Below, piece by piece: positions 62,905 to 64,000 of a stretch of 64,000 nucleotides of DNA (positions are counted from its first letter, which is position 1; every line of letters starts with the position of its first letter). The stretch spans positions 125,242,001 to 125,306,000 of the forward strand of contig NC_058368.1 in the NCBI RefSeq assembly GCF_018350175.1, given 5' to 3'. The position numbers and the translations under genes were made by a program. The DNA comes from Felis catus (lineage: Eukaryota). The notes under the pieces were generated by a model. That model searched no databases and was not told where the DNA came from. It saw only the letters and a program-made list of their open reading frames with translations.

Positions 62905-64000
62905 GCTTCTGGTTTCATTGATCTGTTCTACTGTTTGGTTGGTTGGTTTCGATAGCATTGATTTCTGCTCTAATCTTTATTATTTCCTGTTTCTGCTGGT
63001 TTGGGGTTTTATGTGCTGTTCTTTTTCCAGCTCTTTAAGGTGTAAGGTTAGGTTGTGTATCTGAGACCTTTCTTTCTTCTTCAGGAAGGCCTGGACTGCT
63101 ATATACTTCCCTCTTATGACTGCCTTTGCTGTGTCCCAGAGGTTTTGGGCTGTGGTGTTTTCATTTTCATTGGCTTCCATGTACTTTTTAATTTCCTCTT
63201 TAATTTCTTGGTTAGCCCATTCATTCTTTAGTAGGATGTTCTTTGGTCTCCCAAGTATTTATCTTTCCAAATTTTTTCTTGTGGTTGATTTTGAGTTTCA
63301 TAGTGTTGTGCTCTGAAAATATGCATGGTATGATCTCGATCTTTTTGTGCTTGTTGAGGGCTGATTTATGTCCTAGTATATGATCTTTTCTGGAGAATGT
63401 TCTATGTGCACTCAAGAAGAATGTATATTCTGCTTTAGGATGTAATGTTCTGAATATATCTGTTAAGTCCATCTGGTCCAATGTGTCATTCAAAGCCATT
63501 GTTTCCTTATTGATCTTCTGTTTAGATGATCTATTGCTATAAATGGGGTGTTGAAGTCCCCTACTATTATGGTATTATTATCAATGAGTTTCTTTATGTT
63601 TGTGATTGATTTATATACTGAGGTGCTCGCACATTTGCAGCTTAGTTACAGCATTTTTTAATTTCATCCTGACTAGTTTTTACTTCTTTATCTCCGCTGA
63701 GAGGAATTCTAATCTATTTTCAACCCCAGCTAGTATTCATATAATCATGATTGTAAATTCTGCTTCAGACATCTTGCTTGTATCTGTGTTAAGTCCTGGC
63801 TGTCATTTCTTCCTGCTCTTTGTTTTGGGGTGAATTCATTTCATCATTTTGGAGGAAAAAAAGTAATAAGAAAAAAAAGATTACAGGTAAAAAATTAAAA
63901 ACAACACACACAAAAAATCAAATAAATGATGCTAGATCCTAGGTGCATTTGGCCTGGTTGTTGAAAGATGCTTGATATATTAGAGAAAAAAGGGAAAGAT
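62905..64000 (-). mobile_element. Carnivore L1 fragment: frameshifted ORF2 endonuclease region joined to probable ORF1/5' sequence; runs off the window edge
   Basis: Supplied ORFs 63221..63499 (ALNDTLDQMDLTDIFRTLHPK..TFSRKDHILGHK) and 62980..63180 (QNLWDTAKAVIRGKYIA) are L1 ORF2 motifs. Confidence 0.92.

Noticed and set aside
1..64000. CRISPR arrays, operons or other prokaryotic systems; intronic snoRNA or miRNA genes
   Set aside because: The sequence is mammalian and its repeats are explained by SINEs, TSDs and microsatellites. I recognised no small-RNA gene by eye, though an Rfam/Infernal scan would be needed to exclude one.

Overview
Mammalian, carnivore and very probably felid, genomic DNA: it is dense in tRNA-derived Can-SINEs, including young CpG-rich felid-type copies. 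The window holds the complete coding region of GPBP1 (vasculin, GC-rich promoter binding protein 1) on the + strand. Ten constitutive GT-AG coding exons run from ATG 13129 to TGA 56286 (63+124+224+67+185+141+168+188+103+159 = 1422 nt, 473 aa), plus an in-frame 60-nt cassette exon (32596-32655) and a long AU-rich 3'UTR with several poly(A) signals. The promoter and upstream non-coding exon(s) are not in the window. The introns carry about 55 SINEs (mostly antisense), old L1/L2/MIR pieces, two Tigger2a-like DNA transposons, several solo LTRs and a decayed two-LTR class III provirus with a tRNA-Ser-type PBS and an env-like remnant. Most supplied ORFs are SINE or low-complexity artefacts. I found no convincing new gene system. 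The best leads are regulatory or mutational: a short uORF, a candidate poison exon or recursive splice site, a stop-free exon circle with an in-frame AUG, a templated-insertion repair scar and repeated SINE insertion into single target sites. Exon numbers follow my recollection of the human gene; repeat family names are from memory of consensus sequences and repeat boundaries are approximate.
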